DNA of 64,000 nt from Candidatus Latescibacterota bacterium (GCA_965204725.1 OZ242005.1:96001-160000), one strand, 5' to 3'. Positions 38,306-48,807 are shown, counted from the stretch's first letter. Notes: generated by a model from the letters alone, not told the origin. Numbers and translations are program-made.

Positions 38306-40468
38306 ATGCCCCGACTCATAGAGACCGAATTTCCCTATGCTCGTCTCTCTGCAATCGCAGAAGCTGAATCGTGGCGAAAAGAGGTACATCGCCCGGTTTA
38401 CTACATCCACAAATGGTGGGCGCGTAGGTTGGGATCTGTTTTTCGGGGTATTTTGCTCGGCGCGTGTCTCGACGAGGGAGAGGACTTCTGGAAGCGCTTT
38501 TATGGGAAGAACGATTTTGCTGAAACCGTAATTTTTGACCCTTTCATGGGGAGCGGAGTTACCATAGGAGAAGCGATTAAGCTCGGTTGTACCGCTTTGG
38601 GCCAGGATATCAATCCCGTCGCGTATCTCGCATGTCGCGCTGCCTTCACTAAGTACGATCCGTCCGCAGTCGTCGCTACATACCAACTCCTCGAGCGCAC
38701 GGTTGCTCCCAAACTATTGAGCTACTTTGAGGCGCGCACAGAAGAAGGCCACCGGGCAACCGTACTGTACTACTTTCTCGTCAAGGTTGTGTCGTGTCCA
38801 CAATGCAGTAAACAGATCGATCTCTTCAAGTCTCGCATTTTCTCAAAGAACGCCGTACCGCGCAAAGACGCCAGCGCTCGCGCACTCTGTCCTAGTTGCA
38901 ACGCGGTCAACGCGACGCTCTACAACGCCGATTCCGTGCAGTGCTCCGTCTGCGGCCTAACATACAATCCTCAGCAGGGCAACGTACAAGGAGCGAAAGT
39001 CAAATGCGATGCGTGCGGCCATACATTCCGCCTTGTCGAGCGGATGAAATCAATGCGAGGTCCTCTTGGTTATCGCCGGTACGCCAAGATGATCCTCACT
39101 ACAGATGGGCAAAAGCAATACGCTGCGATGAATGCTTTCGACGACGCCCTTGCTGAGCGCATCGCCCGAGAGTGTACTGACATCCGCTCCTCCTTCCCCC
39201 AAGTTGAAATCGCGCCGGGTTACAATACAAACCAGATTTTGAAGCACAACTACCGCTTCTGGCACGAGCTGTTTTCCGATCGGCAGCTCCTTTGCATCCA
39301 CCACCTGCAAGAGGCCATTCGTCGGATTGATCACGCCGATCATAGACTCCTCTTTGCCTGCCTGTTCTCGGGTGTGCTTGAGTTCAATAACCTGTTTGCA
39401 TCTTTCAAAGGGGAGGGAACCGGGGCCGTGCGGCACATGTTTTCACACCATGTCCTCAAGCCCGAAATGATGCCCATTGAAGCGAACGTCTGGGGGACCA
39501 ACAAGTCGTCTGGATCGTTTTCCACCTTGTTCCGCTCGCGCGTCCTAAATGCGCTTGCCTATAAGGCCGATCCAACCGAGCTCCACACGGCGCGGGGAAA
39601 AAGCACCAAAGTTGGAGGAATTAATCGGCCCCTCGCCGTTTTGGTGTCCGATGAGTTTGCCTCGTCCGCGAACGGAAACGACGCGATTTACCTCACTCAA
39701 GGCGATTCCAGTCGCACCACTATTCCAGACCGCAGTGTGGACGTCGTCGTAACCGATCCCCCATTCTTCGACAATGTTCACTACTCCCAACTCGCCGATT
39801 TTTTCTTTTACTGGCTGAACCAGCTTTTGGATTATTCCAAAGCCAAAACGACGCGACGGCAAGACGAAGTTCAAGATACGAGTCCTATTCTCTTCGCCAA
39901 CAAACTGACATCCGTGTTCGCCGAATGCCATCGCGTCCTCAAGCATACCGGGCTGCTCGTGTTCTCCTATCACCATGCTCGACACGAAGGGTGGACCTGT
40001 GTACACAGGGCGATCCGACATGCCGGGTTCGCCTGCAAACAGGCTTATCCAATCAAGGCTGAAATGTCCGTTTCCACCCCGCTGAAACAGGCCAAGACGC
40101 CGATACATTTGGACTTGATACTTATATGTGGCAAGGAAGGAACCGGCGCTGCCCACCCCGTCGCCAACGTTGATATTGCTCGCGTTCTTCGCAGTGCAGA
40201 GGACCAAATTCGCGCCCTCAAATCGGCGAATATATCCGTCTCACTCGGAGATGCGAAGGTGATTCTCATGGGACGCTTTTTATGCGCAACGCACCGCCTG
40301 TGGAATTTGGAGCAGGAAGAGACATTCCTTTCCGATACCGAAAGGCGTATTGACGACTACGTGGCCGACGTGCTCAGAGCCCAAGGAGAGGTTCTATATA
40401 CCCAAGACCCCGCTGAGCAACTCGTCCTTTTTGAAGAGATGGCCAACTATTTGACCGCTAGAGAATAA
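38306..40468 (+). CDS. Amino-DNA methyltransferase with zinc-finger insert (DUF1156-like)
   Basis: 'HKWWARR'; motif I 'DPFMGSG'; four CxxC pairs; motif IV 'TDPPF'. Confidence 0.88.
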   Translation: MPRLIETEFPYARLSAIAEAESWRKEVHRPVYYIHKWWARRLGSVFRGILLGACLDEGEDFWKRFYGKNDFAETVIFDPFMGSGVTIGEAIKLGCTALGQDINPVAYLACRAAFTKYDPSAVVATYQLLERTVAPKLLSYFEARTEEGHRATVLYYFLVKVVSCPQCSKQIDLFKSRIFSKNAVPRKDASARALCPSCNAVNATLYNADSVQCSVCGLTYNPQQGNVQGAKVKCDACGHTFRLVERMKSMRGPLGYRRYAKMILTTDGQKQYAAMNAFDDALAERIARECTDIRSSFPQVEIAPGYNTNQILKHNYRFWHELFSDRQLLCIHHLQEAIRRIDHADHRLLFACLFSGVLEFNNLFASFKGEGTGAVRHMFSHHVLKPEMMPIEANVWGTNKSSGSFSTLFRSRVLNALAYKADPTELHTARGKSTKVGGINRPLAVLVSDEFASSANGNDAIYLTQGDSSRTTIPDRSVDVVVTDPPFFDNVHYSQLADFFFYWLNQLLDYSKAKTTRRQDEVQDTSPILFANKLTSVFAECHRVLKHTGLLVFSYHHARHEGWTCVHRAIRHAGFACKQAYPIKAEMSVSTPLKQAKTPIHLDLILICGKEGTGAAHPVANVDIARVLRSAEDQIRALKSANISVSLGDAKVILMGRFLCATHRLWNLEQEETFLSDTERRIDDYVADVLRAQGEVLYTQDPAEQLVLFEEMANYLTARE

Positions 40469-40532
40469 TCTGCGGCACCCCGCGAATTTGCTCATTCGCG
40501 GTGGTAGCTGCCCAGCAGCAGGAGAGTGCCTC

Positions 40533-42422
40533 ATGGCCGACGATTGGTACGACGTGATTGTGAAAAAAGACCTAATGGTATCCATGCGCGACGGCGTCCG
40601 CTTGGCGACGGATTTGTATGTTCCCGCGTGCGATGGGCAGCCAGCACCCGGGAAGTTCCCCGCAGTCTTTCACCGTACGCCCTACGACAAAAGCGACGTA
40701 GAGCGCAACGGGCACTACGGCCGGTTTTTCGCCCAGCGCGGATACGTCTCCGTGTACCAAGACTGCCGAGGGACGTTCCAATCCGAGGGGGATGTGAACT
40801 TCCTCATTCCCGAGGCTGAGGACGGGTACGACACCTTGCTGTGGATCGACCAGCAGCCGTGGAGCAATGGCAAGGTGGGGTCGTGGGGAACCTCGTGGTC
40901 GGGCTGGACGCAAACGGCCATGGCGGCATTGGGGCCGACAAACCTAAAGGCCATGATCGTCAACATGAGCGGGGCCGACGCGCACGAGTCTTCAGTGCGG
41001 CACGGCGGCGCCCTAGAGCTGCGGTTTTTGGCGTGGGCGTTTTGGCATTCGGCAGCCAACACGCAGCGCGCCCTAAAAGCCGACCCCGCCGTGGATGCCG
41101 CCCTGAACTTGGGGGCACCGGCCTTTGCCGACTGGCTCACGCGGATGCCGCTCCGCAAGGGACAGACCCAGCTCAAATTGGTGCCGCCCTACCAAAAGTG
41201 GGCGTTGGACTTGCAGACTAAGGCCGACTACGACGAATACTGGCAGCATCCTAGTTACTCGCCGGTGCTCTTTTGGGACGACTTCCCGGACGTGCCGATT
41301 TTGCTCATTGGGGGCTGGTACGATTCGTACACGCGCTCGACGTGCAAAAACTACGCGGGGCTGGCGGCTTGCAAGCAAGGGCCGGTGCAGATGCTCATGG
41401 GGCCGTGGACCCACGGAACGCAAACCCTAGAGCAGAGCTTTGCCGGCGACGTGGAGTTTGGCGAGGACGCGGCCCTCAACGACTTCCGCGACCTGCATCT
41501 GCGCTACTTCGACTGGGCACTCAAGGGCATAGACAACAGCGCAGCGAGCGAGCCGCCGGTGCGGATCTTCGCCATGGGCGGCGGTGGAGGCCATCGCACT
41601 AGTAGCGGCCGGCTCTTTCACGGCGGGCATTGGCGCGACGAGGCCGAGTGGCCGTTGGCGAGGACGCGCTATACCAAGTACTACCTCCACGGCGACAGCA
41701 CCTTGTCGCCGGAAGAGCCGGCCGCCGAGGGCGGCGATACCGTCTATCGCTTCGACCCGGCCAATCCAGTGCCCTCCATCGGCGGCAATGTCTCGTCGCT
41801 TTCCGAGATCGGCCCGCTGCCCCCGGGCGTGGGTGCGGCGGCCAATGCGCCGTGGCGGGCGCGGGTGGAGCAGTTGATGGTGCCGGGCGGGTTCGATCAG
41901 GTGGAAAGACCGGAGTTTTACGGTTGCACCCCACCCTATCTACCGCTGGGCTCGCGGCCGGATGTGTTGGTTTTTGCCACAGAGCCGCTGGCCGAGGATG
42001 TGGAGGTGACCGGGCCGATAGAGGTGGCGTTGTGGGTGTCGTCGTCTGCGCCGGATACCGACTTTACCGCCAAGCTGATCGATTGCTATCCACCGAGCCG
42101 CTGGTATCCGCATGGCTACGCACTCAACCTGACCGACAGCATCGCGCGCCTGCGCTATCGCAACGGCCGCGAAACGGGCGAGCCGCTGCCGCCGGGCGAG
42201 GTCGCCGCGCTGGCGATTACGCTCTACCCAACGAGTAACGTGTTTGCCGCCGGGCATCAGATCCGCCTCGACATTTCCAGCTCGAACTTCCCCCGCTTCG
42301 ACGTCAATCCCAATACCGGCGACCCCATCGGCGCAGAGCGGCGACGACAGGGAGCGGACAACCGAATTCACCACAATGCGGCGCAGGCTTCGCACGTGGT
42401 GTTGCCAATTATTCCAACTTAG
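40533..42422 (+). CDS. CocE/NonD family hydrolase
   Basis: 'MRDGVRLATDLY', 'RTPY', nucleophile elbow 'GTSWSG', 'GGWYD', 'GPWTHG', 'SSSNFPRFD.NPN'. Confidence 0.95.
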   Translation: MADDWYDVIVKKDLMVSMRDGVRLATDLYVPACDGQPAPGKFPAVFHRTPYDKSDVERNGHYGRFFAQRGYVSVYQDCRGTFQSEGDVNFLIPEAEDGYDTLLWIDQQPWSNGKVGSWGTSWSGWTQTAMAALGPTNLKAMIVNMSGADAHESSVRHGGALELRFLAWAFWHSAANTQRALKADPAVDAALNLGAPAFADWLTRMPLRKGQTQLKLVPPYQKWALDLQTKADYDEYWQHPSYSPVLFWDDFPDVPILLIGGWYDSYTRSTCKNYAGLAACKQGPVQMLMGPWTHGTQTLEQSFAGDVEFGEDAALNDFRDLHLRYFDWALKGIDNSAASEPPVRIFAMGGGGGHRTSSGRLFHGGHWRDEAEWPLARTRYTKYYLHGDSTLSPEEPAAEGGDTVYRFDPANPVPSIGGNVSSLSEIGPLPPGVGAAANAPWRARVEQLMVPGGFDQVERPEFYGCTPPYLPLGSRPDVLVFATEPLAEDVEVTGPIEVALWVSSSAPDTDFTAKLIDCYPPSRWYPHGYALNLTDSIARLRYRNGRETGEPLPPGEVAALAITLYPTSNVFAAGHQIRLDISSSNFPRFDVNPNTGDPIGAERRRQGADNRIHHNAAQASHVVLPIIPT

Positions 42423-42432
42423 GAGACTCATC

Positions 42433-43596
42433 ATGGAACAGTTGCAGTTGGCCCTCGTGGGTTGTGGCGGCATGGCCGGGGCCCACGTGCGCGGCTTGGC
42501 AGAGTTAGCCGAGGCCGGGATCGACGATATTCAGGTGGTGGCCTGTTGCGACTTGGTGGCGACGCAGGCGCGACAGCGGGCCGCTGAGATCGCCGAGTTT
42601 CAGGGGCGCGAGCCGGCCGTCTATACCGACGTGGAGCGGATGCTCACCGACGAGGAGGGCCTCGACGCGGTAGATATCTGCGCCCTGCACTCGCAACACC
42701 ACGTCCTCGCCGTAGCCTGTCTAGCGGCGGGCAAGCACGTGATCATCGAAAAGCCGCTGGCGATCACCTTGCGTGCCGGTCGCCAGATAATCAATGCGGC
42801 CGTGGATAATCGCCGTCAGCTTGCCGTAGCGGAAAACTACCGCCGCTCGCCGCAGGAGCGGGCCAGAGCTTGGGCGGTGGCCAGCGGGCAGATCGGCCAG
42901 CCGCGCACCTTCTACTGGCAGGAAGCGGGCTTGCGGTTGGGCAAGTGGGGCTGGCGCAACTTCAAGCGCGACGCCGGCGCCGGCTGGATTCTCGATGGCG
43001 GCGTGCATTTTGCCGATTTGTTCCGCTACCACTTGGGCACTGAGGCGCGGCAGGTGGTGGCGCGCGTAAACCGCTTTGAGCCGTATCGCTACGACGACCC
43101 GGTCGAGCGCACAGGGGCGTGGCCCGTGGATGTGGAGGACTGCGCCATGGCACTGATCGACTTTGAGGGCGGCGCGGTGGTGCAGTGGACTTGGCAAGGG
43201 TCAGCACCGGGACAGGACTTTGGCAAGCGCGTCCTCTACGGCAGCGAGGGCTGCATTGATTGGGACAGTGGGCTGTGGACCCGCACCGGCGAGAACACGT
43301 CGACCGAGGACTTGGTCGCGGCGCATCAGCGCAGCCTCTCAGCAGACGAGCGCGAGCGGCTGTTCCCTAGGGGCGTAGAAAGCCCCATTGCTACCGAACT
43401 GAAGGATTTCGCCGACGCTGTGCGGGGGCAAGGTACGCCCGAAGTGGATGGCCTAGACGGCTATCGCTCGCAGGCGATTTGCATGGCGATTTTTGAATCG
43501 GCGTGGTTTAACAGACCAGTGAGCTTGGCCGAGATTGAGCGCGGCGACCTAGAGGGCTACCAAGCCGAAATCGACCAAGCGTTGGGGATTGCTTAG
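42433..43596 (+). CDS. Gfo/Idh/MocA family oxidoreductase
   Basis: 'LVGCGGMA', 'GKHV.IEKPLA', 'AENYR', 'DGGVH..D'. Confidence 0.93.
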   Translation: MEQLQLALVGCGGMAGAHVRGLAELAEAGIDDIQVVACCDLVATQARQRAAEIAEFQGREPAVYTDVERMLTDEEGLDAVDICALHSQHHVLAVACLAAGKHVIIEKPLAITLRAGRQIINAAVDNRRQLAVAENYRRSPQERARAWAVASGQIGQPRTFYWQEAGLRLGKWGWRNFKRDAGAGWILDGGVHFADLFRYHLGTEARQVVARVNRFEPYRYDDPVERTGAWPVDVEDCAMALIDFEGGAVVQWTWQGSAPGQDFGKRVLYGSEGCIDWDSGLWTRTGENTSTEDLVAAHQRSLSADERERLFPRGVESPIATELKDFADAVRGQGTPEVDGLDGYRSQAICMAIFESAWFNRPVSLAEIERGDLEGYQAEIDQALGIA

Positions 43597-43720
43597 AAGT
43601 GGTCTGACAATCCACCTTGGGCGTGTTGAACAAGCCTCTTTCGTCATTCCCGCGAACGCGGGAATCCAGCCGGGATCGTTTAGACGCAAGCGACGACTAC
43701 CAGAGTTTGCAGGCCGCTTC
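43596..43720. mobile_element. MITE-like element containing a REP palindrome
   Basis: Ends GAAGTGGTCTG / CAGGCCGCTTC flanked by TTA on both sides; first ~40 bp shared with 62036-62194; internal REP CGTCATTCCCGCGAACGCGGGAATCCAG (43642-43669). Confidence 0.6.
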
Positions 43721-43728
43721 TTAGGCCG

Positions 43729-44325
43729 CTAGCGCTTCCCCAAAACCTCCTCGAATAACTCGGGATACCGCCGCTGCAACGCCAGCAGCCTGCTCGCTGT
43801 CCCCACCGGCGTCACGCGAGCAAAGCGCGGAATGGGTTGCCGCTCTTGGAGAATGCCTCCTTGCTGCTCTACCTCCGCAAGGGCGAGCGGTCGGCGACCC
43901 AGCGCGTAGAACAGTGCCGGTTCGAGTTGCACAAGGGCCGGAAGATCCCTCGGCTCGGCTCGCCCCAGCGCAGTGCCGACGTACACGGCGACTTTTCCAC
44001 CGGCGACAAATCCCGGCTCGTTCCCTTCCCATAGGAACTGCACTCCGTCCGGTACGCTCTGCGGAAGGAGCGACGACACCGCATCGGTTGGGTCTAGCGA
44101 GAACGGACGAGTCGATTGAGCGAAGGCGACCTCGCAGCCGATTTCCTCAAGCACCTCTCTCGACAGGGCGTCCTCGACAGTCTCGCCTTCCTCGACCGTG
44201 CCCCCTATACAGCCCATGCCAATCTCCAAGACTCCGTTTGGCTGACGCCTCCATTTTGCCGGCTTCTGGAGTTCAAAGAGGAGTCTATCTTCAACGCTTA
44301 AAAGGATTGCAACGCCAAGGATCAT
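43729..44325 (-). CDS. NUDIX-domain protein
   Basis: Nudix box 'GGTVEEGETVEDALSREVLEEIG'. Confidence 0.88.
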   Translation of the reverse strand: MILGVAILLSVEDRLLFELQKPAKWRRQPNGVLEIGMGCIGGTVEEGETVEDALSREVLEEIGCEVAFAQSTRPFSLDPTDAVSSLLPQSVPDGVQFLWEGNEPGFVAGGKVAVYVGTALGRAEPRDLPALVQLEPALFYALGRRPLALAEVEQQGGILQERQPIPRFARVTPVGTASRLLALQRRYPELFEEVLGKR

Positions 44326-44894
44326 TCAGAGTCTCCAAGCGGATGCAGATCAATCGGCGTGAAAACACCATAAAAACCATATTTGACGCCCTGTTGATCG
44401 CCCTTGCCGGGCGGAAAGTATTCTTCTACAAGGGCCAATAATCGACGACCAAATTCGGCGGCCTGTTCTTCAGACAGTCGGGCGCGGTTGTGATTGACGG
44501 ATTGCTGGAATGTCGGACCGTATAAGCCTTCGGTCGCTTCGCGAAACGCTTGATTGAACTGGCCGACGACGTCCGCTGGGACGGCCTCGGACGCCAGCGG
44601 CGCACGGACGCGAATCGCCCCGGCCGCTGGCAAACAACGCCATGCTCGGGGGCCTCCTCCATCTTCCTCCAAATGCACGACACCCGCGGACGCCAGCCGT
44701 TGCACGTGGTACAGAACCCGGGCATCGGTAACGCCCAACGTCTGCGAAATTTCCGCCACCGACTTCCCGGTCCCAAGGATTTCGAGGATGCGCCAACGCA
44801 GTGGATCGGCGAGTACGCTCGCCCGATCATCTTCAACGACGAGTACCGAGTTCTTTGCGGAGGCCGAGAAGGTCAATTCACGCCACGTGTTCAT
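44322..44894 (-). CDS. ArsR-like winged-helix transcriptional regulator
   Basis: 'LADPLRWRILEIL...SVAEISQTLG......YHV..L..AG.V'. Confidence 0.85.
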   Translation of the reverse strand: MNTWRELTFSASAKNSVLVVEDDRASVLADPLRWRILEILGTGKSVAEISQTLGVTDARVLYHVQRLASAGVVHLEEDGGGPRAWRCLPAAGAIRVRAPLASEAVPADVVGQFNQAFREATEGLYGPTFQQSVNHNRARLSEEQAAEFGRRLLALVEEYFPPGKGDQQGVKYGFYGVFTPIDLHPLGDSE

Positions 44895-45096
44895 TCAGAC
44901 TCTCCAGTGTGTAATCGAGATGGACCGACTCGCCTAAGTACGCGACCCCTACGTTGAGTCCGCACTTTTTAGTCTTGCCGCTGCGTCCGGGATCGAGGGC
45001 GTCCCGCCCTCGACGAGGGCAAGATGCCCTCGATCCGTTGGAGACTGGTAGTAGCTGGCCCGCAACCAAACCGGAAGCATCGCTCGCCTCAGCCAC

Positions 45097-45960
45097 CTAG
45101 ATCCCAACGCCAAACCGCTCCTCAAACTCGGCCCATACTTCGACCGGCACCTTCTGAGTCGCCGCGTCGTACGCGTCCTGGAGTTGGTCGCGGTCGGCGG
45201 GACCGCTCATGACGATGCCGTCAATGGGCGCGTTGAGGCAGAACTGCATGGCTAAGTGCTTGATATCTACGTCCTGCTTTTGGCACCACTCCCACATAGC
45301 ATGCGCACGCGGCTCAACGCCGCGGTTCGGCTCGACGCCGGTCAAGCGGCCCATGCCAAAGACGCTGGCTAAGATCAGGCCAGTGCCGTGCTTTTTGGCC
45401 AAGGGCATCGTGGTGCGGGCGACGGACTGGTCGAGCAGGGTGTAGTCGAGGAACGTGAGGACGATCTCGGCGTGGCCCGCTTTGATGGCAGCGCGGTGGA
45501 AATCGTGTGCGCGAACCCCCAAACCAAGATGCCGCACCAAGCCCTCCTCTTTCATCTTTTGCAACTCGTCAAAGGCGCGACCCGGGCCTAAGGGGTCGGC
45601 AATATCGGGGGGATCGTGGACGAGCACGGCGTCGAGGTAATCGACGCGGAGCGATTGCAGGCTTTGTTCGACGCTCCAGCGCGTGGCCTCGGCCGAAAAG
45701 TCCTTGGGGCGCGCTGGGTGCGGGCCGACCTTGGCCTGCATGTAATAGCTCGACCGCTCGACGCCGGCGAGTGCCTTGCCCCAGCGGTCCTCGTGGCGGC
45801 CAGCATAGCTGTCGAAATAGTCAATGCCTAAATCGAGGGCGCGTTCAATCGTGGCGATGGTCTCGGCCTCGCCGGACGCACCGACAAAGGCTGCGCCCAT
45901 GCCGAGGGCCCGGGGCTGCATGCCCGTGCGCCCCATCTTGCGGCGCGGTAGATTGCTCAT
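45097..45960 (-). CDS. Aldo/keto reductase
   Basis: 'R..GRTG....LG.G', 'GIDYFDS', 'SL..L..DYLD..LVH', 'G.VR.LG'. Confidence 0.9.
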   Translation of the reverse strand: MSNLPRRKMGRTGMQPRALGMGAAFVGASGEAETIATIERALDLGIDYFDSYAGRHEDRWGKALAGVERSSYYMQAKVGPHPARPKDFSAEATRWSVEQSLQSLRVDYLDAVLVHDPPDIADPLGPGRAFDELQKMKEEGLVRHLGLGVRAHDFHRAAIKAGHAEIVLTFLDYTLLDQSVARTTMPLAKKHGTGLILASVFGMGRLTGVEPNRGVEPRAHAMWEWCQKQDVDIKHLAMQFCLNAPIDGIVMSGPADRDQLQDAYDAATQKVPVEVWAEFEERFGVGI

Positions 45961-46108
45961 AGCTCCAACCTCCTTATCTCGTATAACTCGCTCCATATTA
46001 GCACACGCAACGCACTCGCTCAAGGGATGGCATGGACAACGGCGAGAGCGGCGCGTTATGTTACCTCCCGTTGCACGTTGCTCGGTTCGCACTCAGCAGG
46101 ATAACGCC

Positions 46109-48121
46109 ATGTCCCAAGCCCGCGCCCTATTCGACCGCACCCTATTGCCCGAAGCCCTCGGCGAATTCGTCGTCATCGCCGATACCCACTATGCGCTAGC
46201 CGAAGGCGTCGGAATGAGCGAATTCCCCTCCCGCGCCCAACAGAGCGGGCGGGCGGGTGCGGCGTTGCGTCTGGTGGCCGCTTTGGAGCCGGATTTTGTC
46301 TTGCATCTGGGCGACGTAGTTCAAGAGTACCCCGAGAGCGCGGGCTTCGGCCCGGCCTTGGACCAAGCCCTAGCCCAGATGGCCGCCTGCGGTGTGCAGC
46401 CGCGCTGGGTAGCCGGCAACCACGACGTTGGCGACAAACCCGACCCCACCATGCCGACCCATCCGGTCACGGCCGAGGGGCTAGACGCATACCACCGGCG
46501 CTTTGGCCCGTCTTGGTACAGCTTTGACCATTGCGACCTGCACTTAGTCGTGCTCAACAGCCAAATTCTGAACACCGGCCTGCCGGCCGAGGAAGAGCAA
46601 AAAATCTGGTTGGAAGCCGACTTGGCCGCGCACACCGAGCTGCGCACCGCGGTATTTTTGCACCTGCCGCCCTATCTACACAACCCAGCCGAGCCGCATC
46701 TGGGGCACTACGACAACATCGGCGAACCGGCCCGCACTTGGCTGCTAAAGTTATTGACGGCCCACCGGGTGGCTTGGCTTTTTGCGGCCCACGTGCATTT
46801 TGTCTTTTGCGAGCGAGCGGGCGGCTTGGACTATCGCACCGTCCCCTCCCCTGCTTTTACGCGGCCCGGTTTTAGCCACTTGTTCAGCAGCGCACCGCCG
46901 CCTGAGCAGGGCCGCGACGACCGGCCCAAGCTGGGGTTTTACCTGTGTCGCCTGCGCCCCAACCGCCTCGACATCCACCTAATCCGCACCGCCTGCGCCG
47001 AAAATTGGGCACCCGAGCAACGGCGATTGCTCATCCCGGCCACGCCCGACTTGGGCGGGAGCCCATTGGGGCTGACTGCGACCCACCCACTCGGTTGGGA
47101 AGCGCAAGTCCCCACGACCTTTCCCTCCATGGTGCGGCAGCCGGTGCGCAACGACTATCCCCTGCTGGCCTGTCTCGAACTGGGCGCACAGGCCCTGCGC
47201 TGTCCCTGGACCGACCTGCACCAGTTCGGCGACCGCCTGCGCTTTTTGCGCGGCCAAGGCGTCCAAGTGCAGGCGACCCTGCTCGACGACGAGGCCACCC
47301 CGCCCGAGTCCATTATGGAAAGGCACCGCGACCAAGTGGATACTTGGGAGCTCCAGACGCCGGGCGGGCCTTGGCCATCCTCGTCGTGTCTGTATTTGCT
47401 CAGGAGCTACCACCGCAATCTGCGGCTATCCCTAGCGCCGGTGATCCCCGGCCAGCAGATAACCGGCAAACAGCACCCCCGCACCCGAGTGGGCTACCGA
47501 CCCGACGAAGTGGCCCAGCTCGATCGCCGATTGCAGGACGCAGATACTTGGATAGAAGCGGCCGTGTGCCGACTGGACGCAACGGCCCCTTGGGAAGACG
47601 CCTTGGCGTGGCGTGCGGTACATGCCCTAACCACGATGGGGCGGCTCGATTTGCTCTTTGAGTTGCCCGGGCAAAGCGACCCAGACGATGCCATCCGGGC
47701 CGCGGAAGCCCTCTTTGCAACGGCCCTGCTGCCGCGGGCACGGCTCTTTGTCGAGCCTTTTATCGATCTGGACCGCACGATGGATGTGGGCCAAGGGCTT
47801 TTGGACCCTCGGTGCAACCCCCGTCCCGCCTTTGGCGTCCTGCGCTGTCTCAATGCGCTGCTGCAACGCTTTCGCGGGCCTTTTGCCGAGGCCACTAGCC
47901 TAGAAGGCGAGGGCGCGACCGCACGGCTGCTTAGGGGGCCGACCCGCACGTTGGCCCTGCTGTTGCCAGCAGTTGCCGGGGCTACCGTGCCAGCGGCTTG
48001 GGAGGATGGGGGATGGACGCGGCTCTATCGCCTAGCCGACCAAACCGTAGAAGAGTTGGAGGACGGACGGCTAGCGGAGATAGCACTCGATCAGCCGAGC
48101 TTGGCGGTCGGCGCAAATTAG
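46109..48121 (+). CDS. Calcineurin-like metallophosphoesterase with long C-terminal extension
   Basis: 'ADTH', 'HLGD', 'GNHD', 'FLH.PP', 'AHVH' motifs. Confidence 0.85.
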   Translation: MSQARALFDRTLLPEALGEFVVIADTHYALAEGVGMSEFPSRAQQSGRAGAALRLVAALEPDFVLHLGDVVQEYPESAGFGPALDQALAQMAACGVQPRWVAGNHDVGDKPDPTMPTHPVTAEGLDAYHRRFGPSWYSFDHCDLHLVVLNSQILNTGLPAEEEQKIWLEADLAAHTELRTAVFLHLPPYLHNPAEPHLGHYDNIGEPARTWLLKLLTAHRVAWLFAAHVHFVFCERAGGLDYRTVPSPAFTRPGFSHLFSSAPPPEQGRDDRPKLGFYLCRLRPNRLDIHLIRTACAENWAPEQRRLLIPATPDLGGSPLGLTATHPLGWEAQVPTTFPSMVRQPVRNDYPLLACLELGAQALRCPWTDLHQFGDRLRFLRGQGVQVQATLLDDEATPPESIMERHRDQVDTWELQTPGGPWPSSSCLYLLRSYHRNLRLSLAPVIPGQQITGKQHPRTRVGYRPDEVAQLDRRLQDADTWIEAAVCRLDATAPWEDALAWRAVHALTTMGRLDLLFELPGQSDPDDAIRAAEALFATALLPRARLFVEPFIDLDRTMDVGQGLLDPRCNPRPAFGVLRCLNALLQRFRGPFAEATSLEGEGATARLLRGPTRTLALLLPAVAGATVPAAWEDGGWTRLYRLADQTVEELEDGRLAEIALDQPSLAVGAN

Positions 48122-48807
48122 TCGATATGTTCGGTGCGGTCCGAGTCGAGCAGGGCGCGCACTTCCTCGATATTGTCCAGCCCCAGCCGAACTCGGCGGG
48201 TGAGGTCTTCCTCGGCCTCGCGCACCTTGGGCAAGGTTGCCACAACCGAGTCGAACTGGTCGTGCGGAATGACCACCACCCCGTCGCGGTCGGCGACGAC
48301 AATTTCCCCCGCATCGACGCAGGTCCCTCCCATGACCACGGGCATCCCGGCGGTCCCTGGTCCATTGCGGGTGCAGGAATTGGGCGTAATCCCCATGCAA
48401 AAGGCGGGCAGGCCGACGGGCAGGATCCCGTCAATGTCGCGCATCAGGCCGTCGGTGACAAAGCCGGCGATGCCTCGGTTGCGCCCCATGGCCAGCATGA
48501 TGTCGCCGGCGACTGCGGTGCGGGTGAACGTATCCGTAGCGATGAAGATCGCGTCTCCTCGCTGCGCGATCTCAAGCGCGGCAAACACGGCGAGGTTGTC
48601 GCCCGGCCCCGGATGACAGGTGACGATGGGCGCGACGAACTTGCAGTTATCGGGGTCGAGCGGCTTGATGCGGTAGTCGAGCGCGCCGCGACCGTTCATG
48701 CAATCGGCGATAAAGCCGGTGGGCACATTGCGCAGGGCGCGCAGGACCGCTTCTGAGGGGCGCGGGAAGTGGCGACGGACCGTGAGCAGCGGAGGGTCTT
48801 TGATCAT
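48118..48807 (-). CDS. RraA-like / HMG aldolase family protein
   Basis: 'T..IAD', 'GDN', 'A.AGD', 'DG..RD', 'GE.VVAD.DGVVVIP'. Confidence 0.9.
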   Translation of the reverse strand: MIKDPPLLTVRRHFPRPSEAVLRALRNVPTGFIADCMNGRGALDYRIKPLDPDNCKFVAPIVTCHPGPGDNLAVFAALEIAQRGDAIFIATDTFTRTAVAGDIMLAMGRNRGIAGFVTDGLMRDIDGILPVGLPAFCMGITPNSCTRNGPGTAGMPVVMGGTCVDAGEIVVADRDGVVVIPHDQFDSVVATLPKVREAEEDLTRRVRLGLDNIEEVRALLDSDRTEHID

